A DNA stretch of 64,000 nt from Basidiobolus meristosporus CBS 931.73 (taxonomy: Eukaryota; Fungi; Basidiobolomycota), in assembly GCA_002104905.1 (NCBI GenBank), contig MCFE01000116.1, positions 100,132 through 164,131 on the forward strand, written 5' to 3'. The translations under genes were made by a program, and so were the position numbers. Positions within the stretch are counted from its first letter, which is position 1; each line of letters opens with the position of its first letter. Positions 11,938 to 23,041 of the stretch are shown piece by piece. The notes under the pieces are model-generated. The model searched no databases. It was not told where the DNA came from and saw nothing but the letters and a program-made list of their open reading frames with translations.

Positions 11938-12625
11938 TGAGCATAGACTACACTAATGACGAGCTGATATCCAAGCCCAAATTCAGGTTCAAGTAATCCT
12001 ACCACCCAAACTCTCCAATTTTGTTGCTACTGATGCACGATCAGCTAAGCGTAACCATCCAGCCTCTGCATGGATTTTTGATTTCCTGATAATATACTAC
12101 AAAATAAACAATATATCTCCACATTCCAAATATCCGTTTTGTTGCTTAACCAGTAGGGTAAAAACCCCTCGTTTGCGAGTCCTTGCCATTTTGTTCCATT
12201 CCGACATGATGTCCTAAATGAACATCTATTCGGGCATGTTCAAACTCCACCAACATCCTCCTGTAAATTCTGTTGCAAGCTTGATATCTACATATCGGCA
12301 CTGATCAAGGCCTCCAGTATCCACAGGAGTTCTCTGCTTACTTATGAAATTCTGAGGTCTGTGCTGCCGAGAATTTCAGGAATCGGAATATGATGTGAAG
12401 ATAATTCACAATCTCAATCCAATAAACAAGACTGTTTCAGGACATCATTTCAGTTTACTTTCCGTCCGTGGTATCTTGTGCGACCAACAATTCTGGGAAT
12501 CAGTAATTGCCACTCTGGGATTCCTAGAACTCCCAAGAAATGTACATAAATCGCTCCCCAACGAACCATCATTCCTCAGGCTACAGCCTTGCTATCGAAT
12601 ACCAAACTCTTCCCCGACCGGAATA

Positions 12626-12856
12626 ATGAGACTCCTTTCTGTACTCGCTGTTTGTATCATTTCTGCAATGACAGCTAACGGCTATCCTGTGGGTCAGCTA
12701 GCCAATGATGTAACCAAGGAGAAGAGAGATCTGCATGACTTTTGTGGAGGTTGGTTCTGTGGCCATGTGAAGCGTGATCTCTCTGTTCATGACAGCCAGA
12801 CTACTACATCTTCTCTGAGCTCACAGCAGCCTAAAACCTTCATGACCGCTCTATAA
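12626..12856 (+). CDS. Peptide precursor copy 14 (class A')
   Basis: True ATG at 12626 (MRLLSVLAVCIISAMTANG); TACATAAA at 12543 lies inside the longer track ORF. Confidence 0.9.
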   Translation: MRLLSVLAVCIISAMTANGYPVGQLANDVTKEKRDLHDFCGGWFCGHVKRDLSVHDSQTTTSSLSSQQPKTFMTAL

Positions 12857-13522
12857 GGTACCACCAAGTCAAGATGTTAATTGTCCCGAATACGTCTCTG
12901 CCCGTTCTTCATGCCCATTTGATTTTGAATCCGTAATTTGGGCAAGATCTACCACCAATGTGATTACACAATACCCTTTGAATCCCCAATTTTGTACGCG
13001 TCTCGTAATCAATAAATGGCGCGTTGGTGCACAACTACATTCTCCATTGATGATTGCCACAACTTGTAATGGCATATTGATAGCTTAATAAGAGCATACT
13101 TCTCAGCATGAAATAAACCTTTCTCATTATTATGATATTAGTGGTAACCAGATCATTCATTAGCCTCATGTAGAAGTGACCCATTGAATATGCAGTTAAT
13201 AAGCTGGCATTACTAGATTTGATTAATGTGTTTGGAGCAGGAAATTAGATGAGCCCGATGAGAGGTTCTAGTGCGGAGTGAAAAATAGAGCATATGCTGT
13301 TCAACGATCCAGAAGCCATTTCCGGTTTTCTAAAACCAGTCTGACCATATTGAGGGGATAGTGTCAGCGTTGCTTCCTAGAATAACCTGGCTACAAAAAC
13401 CGGTTTGGATTTCCAGTAGTGGGTTCCGAGAAGTGCAGCACGGAGAATATAAATGTCCCTTGCGCTGATCAGCATTCAGTAGAGGACAGCTTTGATATTT
13501 GAGAGATCATTACCAAACAATC

Positions 13523-13732
13523 ATGAAATTCGCCGGCGTACTTGTTATTCTTGCCGCTGTTTCTGCCACAGTTGACTGCTACCCATTGATCCTGGACACT
13601 AGCAATTCAGCAGTGGACAAGAGAGATCTGCATGACTTCTGCGGAGGCTGGTTCTGTGGTCATGTCAAGCGAGAGCAAGTTCTGGAGACAAGTGAAGCCA
13701 ATAACTCCGCTCCATCGATGTCAAATGCCTGA
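13523..13732 (+). CDS. Peptide precursor copy 15 (class B)
   Basis: Signal + KR-core-KR. Confidence 0.9.
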   Translation: MKFAGVLVILAAVSATVDCYPLILDTSNSAVDKRDLHDFCGGWFCGHVKREQVLETSEANNSAPSMSNA

Positions 13733-14412
13733 TGTGTATAGGCAGCATCTATGACAAGCCGATATCCATATCTGAACTATCCAATTTTGTTGCTCCTGAT
13801 AAATACCACACACGACAAACTAAGCGTATCCATCCATCCATCCTCCACATGGATTTTTGATTATCTGACAATTTCCAGAGAAATAAACATTGCTACCCCA
13901 CATTTCATATTTTCTCACGGCTACTAAACTAGCAGAGTGGAAGTCACTTGTATTCGGACCCATTCCCGTATATTCCATGCTGAAATGAGGTGATTTCAAC
14001 TCTACCAGGCACCTTTATTCCGTAATACAATGGCAATTTCGCGGTGAAAGGAATATTCACATATGGTTGCCGACCCAGCTTTCCTCTATTCCCCAGAAGA
14101 CTTCCCCTACTCTTGAAAGGCTGACATCTGCGCAGCCAAACATTCTAGGAATCAGAACATGACTTGAGGATGATGACTACCTTTGATGTAAAACGCAAGG
14201 TGATTTTAGTATATCACCATCCTATAGCTTTCCAACGATCAGTTGCATCTTGTGGCACCAATAGTTCTGGGAATCAGATATCACCAGCCCGTGATTCCAA
14301 GAAGCCAGAATCAATGCGCATAAATAGCTCACTAACGACACTGCCATTCATCAGCCTGCACCCTTTCTGTTGAGTATCAGATTCTACTTCAGCCAGCAAT
14401 TGAACCTAAACC

Positions 14413-14643
14413 ATGAGACTCTTTGCTGTACTCACTATTTGTATCGTTGCCACAATGACAGCCAATGGCTACCCCGTAAATCAGGTGACTGATGGAGTAG
14501 CCATGGAAAAGAGAGATCTGCACGACTTTTGTGGAGGCTGGTTCTGTGGCCATGTGAAACGTGATCACACTGTCCATGACAGCCAGACTACTACATCTTC
14601 TCTGAGCTCACAGCAGCCTAATACCTTCATGACAGTTCAATAA
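14413..14643 (+). CDS. Peptide precursor copy 16 (class A)
   Basis: Signal + KR-core-KR. Confidence 0.9.
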   Translation: MRLFAVLTICIVATMTANGYPVNQVTDGVAMEKRDLHDFCGGWFCGHVKRDHTVHDSQTTTSSLSSQQPNTFMTVQ

Positions 14644-15309
14644 GGTACCACCAAGTCAAGATATTAATTCTCCCAAATGTGTCTCTGCCCGTTCTTCAAG
14701 CCCATTTGATTTTGAATCCGTAATTTGGGCAAGATCTACCACCAATGTGATTACACAATACCCTTAGAGTCCCCAATTTTGTATGCGTCTCGTAATCAAT
14801 AAATGGCGCGTTGGTGCACAACTACATTCTCCTTCGATGATTGCCGCAAACTGTATTGACACACTGATAAACTAATAGGAGTATACTGTTCAGTATGCAA
14901 TGAACCTTTCTCAATATTGGGACTTTAGTGGCAACCAGGACATTCATCAGCTTCACGAAGAAGTGGCCCATTGAATATGCAGTCAATAAGCTGGCATTTC
15001 TAGATTTGATAAATGTGTTTGGAGCAGCAAGTTAGATGAGCCCGATGAGAGATTCTCATGTGGAGTGGAAAACAGAGCTTACGCTGTTGGACGATCCAGA
15101 AGCCATTTCCGGTATTGTAAAACCAGTCTGACTATATTGAGGTGATAGCGTCGGCGTTGCTTCGCAGAATAACCTGGCTACAAAAACCGGTTTGGATTTC
15201 CATTAGACGGTTCCGAGAAGTGCGGCACGAAGTATATAAATGTCTCTTGCGCTGATGAGCATTCAGTAGAGGACAGCTTTGATATTTGAGAGATCACTAC
15301 CAAACAATC

Positions 15310-15519
15310 ATGAAATTCGCCAGCGTACTTGCTATTCTTGCCGCTGTTTCTGCGACAGTTGATTGCTACCCATTGATCCTGGAGACTAGCGATTCAGCAG
15401 TGGACAAGAGAGATCTGCATGACTTCTGCGGAGGCTGGTTCTGTGGTCATGTTAAACGGGAAGTAGTCACCGATGCCAGTGGATCCTTAACTTCAGCCTC
15501 AGGAATGCCAAATGCCTGA
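15310..15519 (+). CDS. Peptide precursor copy 17 (class B)
   Basis: Signal + KR-core-KR-EVVTDASG tail. Confidence 0.9.
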   Translation: MKFASVLAILAAVSATVDCYPLILETSDSAVDKRDLHDFCGGWFCGHVKREVVTDASGSLTSASGMPNA

Positions 15520-16207
15520 TGAGCATAGACTGCACCAATGACGAGCTGATATCCAAGCCCAAATTCAGGTTTAAGTAATCCTACCACCCAAACTCTCCAA
15601 TTTTGTTGCTACTGATGCACGATCAGCTAAGCGTAACCATTCAGCCTCTGCATGGATTTTTGATTTCCTGATAATATACTACAAAATAAACAATATATCC
15701 CCACATTCCAAATATCCGTTTTGTTGCTTAACCAGTAGGGTAAAAACCCCTCGTTTGCGAGTCCTTGCCATTTTGTTCCATTTCGACATGATGTCCTAAA
15801 TGAACATCTATTCGGGCATGTTCAAACTCCACCAACATCCTCCTGTAAATTCTCTTGCAAGCTTGATATGTACATATCGGCACTGGTCAAGGCCTCCAAT
15901 ATCCACAGGAGTTCTCTGCTTACTTATGAAATTCTGAGGTCTGTGCTGCCGACAATTTCAGGAATCGGAATATGATGTGACGATGATTCACAATCTCAAT
16001 CCAATAAATAAGACTGTTTCGGGACATCATTTTAGTTTACTTTCCATCCGTTGTATCTTGTGCGACCAACAATTCTGGGAATCAGTAATTGCCACTCTGG
16101 GATTCCTAGAACTCCCAAGAAATGTACATAAATCGCTCCCCAACGAACCATCATTCCTCAGGCTACAGCCTTGCTATCGAATACCAAACTCTTCCCCGAC
16201 CGGAATA

Positions 16208-16438
16208 ATGAGACTCCTTTCTGTACTCGCTGTTTGTATCATTTCTGCAATGACAGCTAACGGCTATCCTGTGGGTCAGCTAGCCAATGATGTAACCAAG
16301 GAGAAGAGAGATCTGCATGACTTTTGTGGAGGTTGGTTCTGTGGCCATGTGAAGCGTGATCTCTCTGTCCATGACAGCCAGACTACTACATCTTCTCTGA
16401 CCTCACAGCAGCCTAAAACCTTCATGACCGCTCTATAA
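16208..16438 (+). CDS. Peptide precursor copy 18 (class A')
   Basis: ATG at 16208; signal + KR-core-KR. Confidence 0.9.
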   Translation: MRLLSVLAVCIISAMTANGYPVGQLANDVTKEKRDLHDFCGGWFCGHVKRDLSVHDSQTTTSSLTSQQPKTFMTAL

Positions 16439-17104
16439 GGTACCACCAAGTCAAGATGTTAATTCTCCCGAATTCGTCTCCGCCCGTTCTTCATGCCCAT
16501 TTGATTTTGAATCCGTAATTTGGGCGAGATCCACCACCAATGTGATTACATAATACCCTTTGAATCCCCAATTTTGTACGCGTCTCGTAATCAATAAATG
16601 GCGCGTTGGTGCACAACTGCATTCTCCATTGATGATTGCCACAAGTTGTAACGGCATACTGATAGCTTAATAAGAGTATACTTTTCAGCATGTAATAAAC
16701 CTTTCTCATTATTATGATATTAGTGGTAACCAGATCATTCATTAGCCTCATGTAGAAGTGACCCATTGAATATGCAGTTAGTAAGCTGGCATTACTAGAT
16801 TTGATTAATGTGTTTGGAGTAGGAAATTAGATGAGCCCGATGAGAGGTTCTAATGCGGAGTGAAAAATAGAGCATATGCTGTTCAACGATCCAGAAGCCA
16901 TTTCCGGCATTGTAAAACCAGTCTGACCATATTGAGGGGATAGTGTCAGCGTTGCTTCCTAGAATAACCTGGCTACAAAAACCGGTTTGGATTTCCAGTA
17001 GTGGGTTCCGAGAAGTGCAGCACGGAGTATATGATTGTCCCTTGCGCTGATCAGCATTCAGTAGAGGACAGCTTTGATATTTGAGAGATTACTACCAAAC
17101 AATC

Positions 17105-17314
17105 ATGAAATTCGCCAGCGTACTTGCTATTCTTGCCGCTGTTTCAGTGACAATTGACTGCTACCCATTGATCCTGGACACTAGCAATTCAGCAGTGGAC
17201 AAGAGAGATCTGCATGACTTCTGCGGAGGCTGGTTCTGTGGTCATGTTAAACGGGAGGAAGCTCTCGAAGCCAATGGAGCCATAACTTCAGCCTCAGGAA
17301 TGCCAAGTGCCTGA
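17105..17314 (+). CDS. Peptide precursor copy 19 (class B)
   Basis: Signal + KR-core-KR. Confidence 0.9.
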   Translation: MKFASVLAILAAVSVTIDCYPLILDTSNSAVDKRDLHDFCGGWFCGHVKREEALEANGAITSASGMPSA

Positions 17315-18002
17315 TTAGCATAGACTACACTAATGACGAGCCGATATCCAAGCCCAAATTCAGGTTTAAGTAATCCTACCACCCAAACTCTCCAATTTTG
17401 TTGCTACTGATGCACGATCAGCTAAGCGTAACCATCCAGCCTCTGCATGGATTTTTGATTTCCTGATAATATACTACAAAATAAACAATATATCCCCACA
17501 TTCCAAATATCCGTTTTGTTGCTTAACCAGTAGGGTAAAAACCCCTCGTTTGCGAGTCCTTGCCATTTTGTTCCATTCCGACATGATGTCCTAAATGAAC
17601 ATCTATTCGGGCATGTTCAAACTCCACCAACATCCTCCTGTATATTCTCTTGCAAGCTTGATATCTACATATCGGCACTGATCAAGGCCTCCAGTATCCA
17701 CAGGAGTTCTCTGCTTACTTATGAAATTGTGAGGTCTGTGCTGCCGACAATTTCAGGAATCGGAAAATGATGTGACGATGATTCACAATCTCAATCCAAT
17801 AAATAAGACTGTTTCGGGACATCATTTTAGTTTACTTTCCATCCGTTGTATCTTGTGCGACCAACAATTCTGGGAATCAGTAATTGCCACTCTGGGATTC
17901 CTAGAACTCCCAAGAAATGTACATAAATCGCTCCCCAACGAACCATCATTCCTCAGGCTACAGCCTTGCTATCGAATACCAAACTCTTCCCCGACCGGAA
18001 TA

Positions 18003-18233
18003 ATGAGACTCCTTTCTGTACTCGCTGTTTGTATCATTTCTGCAATGACAGCTAACGGCTATCCTGTGGGTCAGCTAGCCAATGATGTAACCAAGGAGAA
18101 GAGAGATCTGCATGACTTTTGTGGAGGTTGGTTCTGTGGCCATGTGAAGCGTGATCTCTCTGTTCATGACAGCCAGACTACTACATCTTCTCTGAGCTCA
18201 CAGCAGCCTAATACCTTCATGACAGTTCAATAA
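18003..18233 (+). CDS. Peptide precursor copy 20 (class A')
   Basis: ATG at 18003; signal + KR-core-KR. Confidence 0.9.
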   Translation: MRLLSVLAVCIISAMTANGYPVGQLANDVTKEKRDLHDFCGGWFCGHVKRDLSVHDSQTTTSSLSSQQPNTFMTVQ

Positions 18234-18900
18234 GGTACCACCAAGTCAAGATGTTAATTGTCCCGAATACGTCTCTGCCCGTTCTTCATGCCCATTTGAT
18301 TTTGAATCCGTAATTTGGGCGAGATCCACCACCAATGTGATTACACAATACCCTTTGAATCCCCAATTTTGTATACATCTTGTAATCAATAAATGGCGCA
18401 TTGGTGCACAACTACATTTTCCTTTGATGATTGCCACAAGTTGTAATGGCATACTGATAGCTTAATAAGAGTATACTGTTCAGCATGCAATCAACCTTTC
18501 TCAATATTGGGACTTTGGTGGCAACCAGGACATTCATCAGCTTCACGAAGAAGTGGCCCATTGAATATGCAGTCAATAAGCTGGCATTTCTAGATTTGAT
18601 AAATGTGTTTGGAGCAGCAAGTTAGATGAGCCCGATGAGAGATTCTCATGCGGAGTGGAAAACAGAGCATATATGCTGTTCGACGATCGAGAAGCCATTT
18701 CCGGCATTGTAAAACCAGTCTGACCATATTGAGGGAATAGTGTCAGCGCTGCTTCCTAGAATAACCTGGCTACAAAACCGGTTTGGATTTCCGGTAGAGG
18801 ATTCCGAGAAGTGCGGCACGGAGTATATAAATGTCCCTTGCGCTGGTCAGCATTCAGTAGAGGACAGCTTTGATATTTGCGAGATCACTATCAAACAATC

Positions 18901-19110
18901 ATGAAATTCGCCAGCGTACTTGCTATTCTTGCCGCTGTTTCTGCGACAGTTGATTGCTACCCATTGGTCCTGGAGACTAGCGATTCAGCTGTGGACAAGA
19001 GAGATCTGCATGACTTCTGCGGAGGCTGGTTCTGTGGTCATGTTAAACGGGAGGAAGCTCTCGAAGCCAATGGAGCCATAACTTCAGCCTCAGGAATGCC
19101 AAGTGCCTGA
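18901..19110 (+). CDS. Peptide precursor copy 21 (class B)
   Basis: Signal + KR-core-KR. Confidence 0.9.
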   Translation: MKFASVLAILAAVSATVDCYPLVLETSDSAVDKRDLHDFCGGWFCGHVKREEALEANGAITSASGMPSA

Positions 19111-19798
19111 TTAGCATAGACTACACTAATGACGAGCTGATATCCAAGCCCAAATTCAGGTTCAAGTAATCCTACCACCCAGACTCTCCAATTTTGTTGC
19201 TACTGATGCACGATCAGCTAAGCGTAACCATCCAGCCTCTGCATGGATTTTTGATTTCCTGATAATATACTACAAAATAAACAATATATCCCCACATTCC
19301 AAATATCCGTTTTGTTGCTTAACCAGTAGGGTAAAAACCCCTCGTTTGCGAGTCCTTGCCATTTTGTTCCATTCCGACATGATGTCCTAAATGAACATCT
19401 ATTCGGGCATGTTCAAACTCCACCAACATCCTCCTGTAAATTCTGTTGCAAGCTTGATATCTACATATCGGCACTGATCAAGACCTCCAATATCCACAGG
19501 AGTTCTCTGCTTACTTATGAAACTCTGAGGTCTGTGCTGCCGAGAATTTCAGGAATCGGAATATGATGTGAAGATGATTCACAATCTCAATCCAATAAAC
19601 AAGACTGTTTCAGGACATCATTTCAGTTTACTTTCCGTCCGTGGTATCTTGTGCGACCAACAATTCTGGGAATCAGTAATTGCCACTCTGGGATTCCTAG
19701 AACTCCCAAGAAATGTACATAAATCGCTCCCCAACGAACCATCATTCCTCAGGCTACAGCCTTGCTATCGAATACCAAACTCTTCCCCGACCGGAATA

Positions 19799-20029
19799 AT
19801 GAGACTCCTTTCTGTACTCGCTGTTTGTATCATTTCTGCAATGACAGCTAACGGCTATCCTGTGGGTCAGCTAGCCAATGATGTAACCAAGGAGAAGAGA
19901 GATCTGCACGACTTTTGTCGAGGTTGGTTCTGTGGACATGTGAAGCGTGATCTCTCTGTCCATGACAGCCAGACTACTACATCTTCTCTGAGCTCACAGC
20001 AGCCTAATACCTTCATGAGAGTTCAATAA
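19799..20029 (+). CDS. Peptide precursor copy 22 (class A', variant core DLHDFCRGWFCGHV)
   Basis: GGA to CGA at 19919-19921. Confidence 0.85.
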   Translation: MRLLSVLAVCIISAMTANGYPVGQLANDVTKEKRDLHDFCRGWFCGHVKRDLSVHDSQTTTSSLSSQQPNTFMRVQ

Positions 20030-20701
20030 GGTACCACCAAGTCAAGATGTTAATTGTCCCGAATACGTCTCCGCCCGTTCTTCAAGCCCATTTGATTTTG
20101 AATCCGTATCCATAATTTGGGCAAGATCCACCACCAATGTGACTACATAATAACCTTTGAATCCCCAATTTTGTATGTGTCTCGTAATCAATAAATGGCG
20201 CGTTGGTGCACAACTACATTCTCCTTCGATGATTGCCACAAGTTGTAATGGCATACTGATAGCTTAATAAGAGTATACTTCTCAGCATGAAATAAACCTT
20301 CCTCATTATTATGATATTAGTGGTAACCAGATCATTCACTAGCTTCACGAAGAAGTGACCCACTGAATATGCAGTCAATAAGCTGGCATTACTAGATTTG
20401 ATTAATGTGTTTGGAGCAGGGAATTAGATGAGCCCGATGAGAGGTTGTAATGCGGAGTGAACAATGGAGCATATGCTGTTCAACGATCCAGAAGCCATTT
20501 CCAGTATTGTAAAACCAGTCTGACCATATTGAGGGGATAGTGTCAGTGTTGCTTCCTAGAATAACCTGGCTACAAAAACCGGTTTGGATTTCCAGTAGCG
20601 GGTTCCGAGAAGTGCAGCACGGAGTATATAAATGTCTCTTGCGCTGATCAGCATTCAGTAGAGGACAGCTTTGATATTTGAGAGATCACTACCAAACAAT
20701 C

Positions 20702-20896
20702 ATGAAATTCGCCAGCGTACTTGCTATTCTTGCGGCTGTTTCTGCGACAGTTGATTGCTACCCATTGGTCCTGGAGACTAGCGATTCAGCAGTGGACAAG
20801 AGAGATCTGCATGACTTCTGCGGAGGCTGGTTCTGTGGTCATGTTAAACGGGAAGTAGTCACCGATGCCAATGGATCCTTAACTTCAACCTCATGA
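20702..20896 (+). CDS. Peptide precursor copy 23 (class B, slightly shortened tail)
   Basis: Core intact; early TGA in the tail. Confidence 0.88.
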   Translation: MKFASVLAILAAVSATVDCYPLVLETSDSAVDKRDLHDFCGGWFCGHVKREVVTDANGSLTSTS

Positions 20897-21601
20897 ATGC
20901 CAAATGCCTGATGAGCATAGACTGCACTAATGACGAGCTGATATCCAAGCCCAAATTCAGGTTCAAGTAATCCTACCACCCAAACTCTCCAATTTTGTTG
21001 CTACTGATGCACGATCAGCTAAGCGTAACCATTCAGCCTCTGCATGGATTTTTGATCTCCTGATAATATACTACAAAATAAATAATATATCTCCACATTC
21101 CAAATATCCGTTTTGTTGCTTAACCAGTAGGGTAAAAACCCCTCGTTTGCGAGTCCTTGCCATTTTGTTCCATTCCGACATGATGTCCTAAATGAACATC
21201 TATTCGGACATGTTCAAACTCCACCAACATCCTCCTGTAAATTCTCTTGCAAGCTTGATATCTACATATCGGCACTGATCAAGGCCTCCAATATCCACAG
21301 GAGTTCTCCGCTCACTTATGCAAATTCTGAGGTCTGTGCTGCCGAGAATTTCAGGAATCGGAAATATGATGTGACGATGATTCACAATCTCAATCCAATA
21401 AACAAGACTGTTTCAGGACATCATTTCAGTTTACTTTCCGTCCGTGGTATCTTGTGCGACCAACAATTCTGGGAATCAGTAATTGCCACTCTGGGATTCC
21501 TAGAACTCCCAAGAAATGTACATAAATCGCTCCCCAACGAACCATCATTCCTCAGGCTACAGCCTTGCTATCGAATACCAAACTCTTCCCCGACCGGAAT
21601 A

Positions 21602-21817
21602 ATGAGACTCCTTTCTGTACTCGCTGTTTGCATCATTTCTGTAATGACAGCTAACGGCTATCCTGTGGGTCAGCTAGCCAATGATGTAACCAAGGAGAAG
21701 AGAGATATGCATGACTTTTGTGGAGGTTGGTTCTGTGGCCATGTGAAACGAGAAGATGACCAGGAGTCAAGTAAAGACAGACTTCAGACCTCAATCTTGG
21801 ATATGGCAAATATCTAA
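21602..21817 (+). CDS. Peptide precursor copy 24 (A' front, different tail; variant core DMHDFCGGWFCGHV)
   Basis: ATG codon at 21707 replaces Leu; tail EDDQESSKDRLQTSILDMANI. Confidence 0.88.
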   Translation: MRLLSVLAVCIISVMTANGYPVGQLANDVTKEKRDMHDFCGGWFCGHVKREDDQESSKDRLQTSILDMANI

Positions 21818-22743
21818 TGTGCCCACGCCACACCAATGGTCAACCGCCTTCCAAATCCATGTCCTTCTTCAAATACCCTAACTACTGAACGCCAATTTTG
21901 TTGCTCTCAATAACTGCATAGCCTAATTCGCCAAGTCTACCTATTCACCCTCCGTATATGTTTTTGACATTATCATGATTATCTATAAAATAAACAATAT
22001 AGCTCCACATTGCACCTCTTGCTGTTCAACACACAACAACGCTCTTAATGACACTCATTAAAACCCGCTACCCAACAACATTGCTCAACTTTTTCACTCA
22101 CCATTTACAGTGGCTGTTGGGCTATAGTTGCACATTTCTTGGAGATTGGTCAACGAGATACGACACATCTGTAGTCCTGTATTATTGGCACGCGCCCTCT
22201 CTCAGATATCTCATGTTGCCACGTTTGGGACTACTACTATGAGACCTGGCCCTACGCTTTGCTTGAGCTGAGTTCGTGAATAATTCTAACAAGTTCAATT
22301 TGGATTAGCGTGGTCTGTGCTTCCAATAATTGTGCCGAAATTGATGCTTCCGAGAAGACTTGTCTGAGTTCTACGAAAGTTGGCTCTATGTCAATGCTTT
22401 GCATAAGCGTAGCAGTTATGCAAGTCACGTCGATCAGCCATACTCGGGTTTCAACTGCACTGCATGGAGTTTAATATGCTAGTAATGTCGGTCGTGTGGA
22501 ACTCCTCAATAACGATGGGACTCAGGTATTTTCAGAAGCTCTAACCACCACCTGAGCGACCATGACTCGCGTAATTTTAGATGTAGATTGAGGGTGATCG
22601 TGTTAACACTAGTATTGTCTAAAAATAGGGGGCAAAGGCCTAGGATCAAACATGGGATTCTACTGATCTGGCTTCCGTGTGGCATTCGTTTGTTCTTGAA
22701 ACTATGCAATTCGAGTGATTACGAAATATCCTGAGCACCATAC

Positions 22744-22773
22744 TTCCAAGAAGCAATATGTAGGCTATATAAA
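22744..22773 (+). promoter_or_regulatory. Class C promoter module TTCCAAGAA-N13-TATATAAA
   Basis: Motif at 22744-22752, TATA at 22766; two more motifs at 22348 and 22369. Confidence 0.65.
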
Positions 22774-22822
22774 TCATCATACGTTAGCTCAGTTTCCTAC
22801 AAGCTATTGCTGTTCAACAAGC

Positions 22823-23041
22823 ATGAAACTGATCAATATTATTACAATTCTGGCTACTCTCACCATGATTACAGCTGGCCTTCCACTGGCCCAACAGAGC
22901 CAGGATTCGGCGGGAGACAAGAGAGATCTTCATGATTTCTGTGGAGGCTGGTTCTGCGGCCATGTAAAGCGTGCGAACATCAACAAAATCGACTCACTAA
23001 CTCTGGACTTGATTGACCCAGTTGAGCTACCTTGGGTCTGA
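22823..23041 (+). CDS. Peptide precursor copy 25 (divergent class C)
   Basis: MKLINIITILATLTMITAG-LPLAQQSQDSAGD-KR-identical core-KR; unique flanks; TATATAAA at 22766. Confidence 0.9.
   Translation: MKLINIITILATLTMITAGLPLAQQSQDSAGDKRDLHDFCGGWFCGHVKRANINKIDSLTLDLIDPVELPWV

Larger units (their letters stand above)
1..23041 (+). repeat. Tandem array of secreted KR-flanked peptide precursor genes; basic unit about 1.8 kb (one class A/A' gene + one class B gene)
   Basis: Class B ATGs recur at 4933/6716, 9831/11614 and 13523/15310/17105/18901/20702 (spacing 1783-1801 bp). Spacers are near-identical between units. Bases 1-411 match the class A promoter spacer, so the array continues left of the window. 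Confidence 0.97.

Noticed and set aside
12395-12625. 153-aa long forms of class A' precursors (also 15977, 17772, 19568, 21371) and the MRDHYQTI extensions of class B
   Set aside because: They start at GTG/TTG, contain the TATA box and TTCnnnGAA sites, and would bury the signal peptide; the downstream ATG matches the other copies.
655-20254. Recurrent 60-90-aa ORFs in spacers or antisense (MSIQFAAIIK.., MLISARDI.., MCTGSTDD.., MRMMTIFD..)
   Set aside because: They recur only because the DNA is repeated. Starts, stops and frames vary between copies, and there is no coding-type conservation.
1-23041. CRISPR-like reading, or a classical fungal RiPP (dikaritin) cluster
   Set aside because: The repeats are whole eukaryotic genes, not repeat-spacer units. 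No DUF3328/UstY oxidase, methyltransferase or transporter was seen in the window, although the left flank is unseen.
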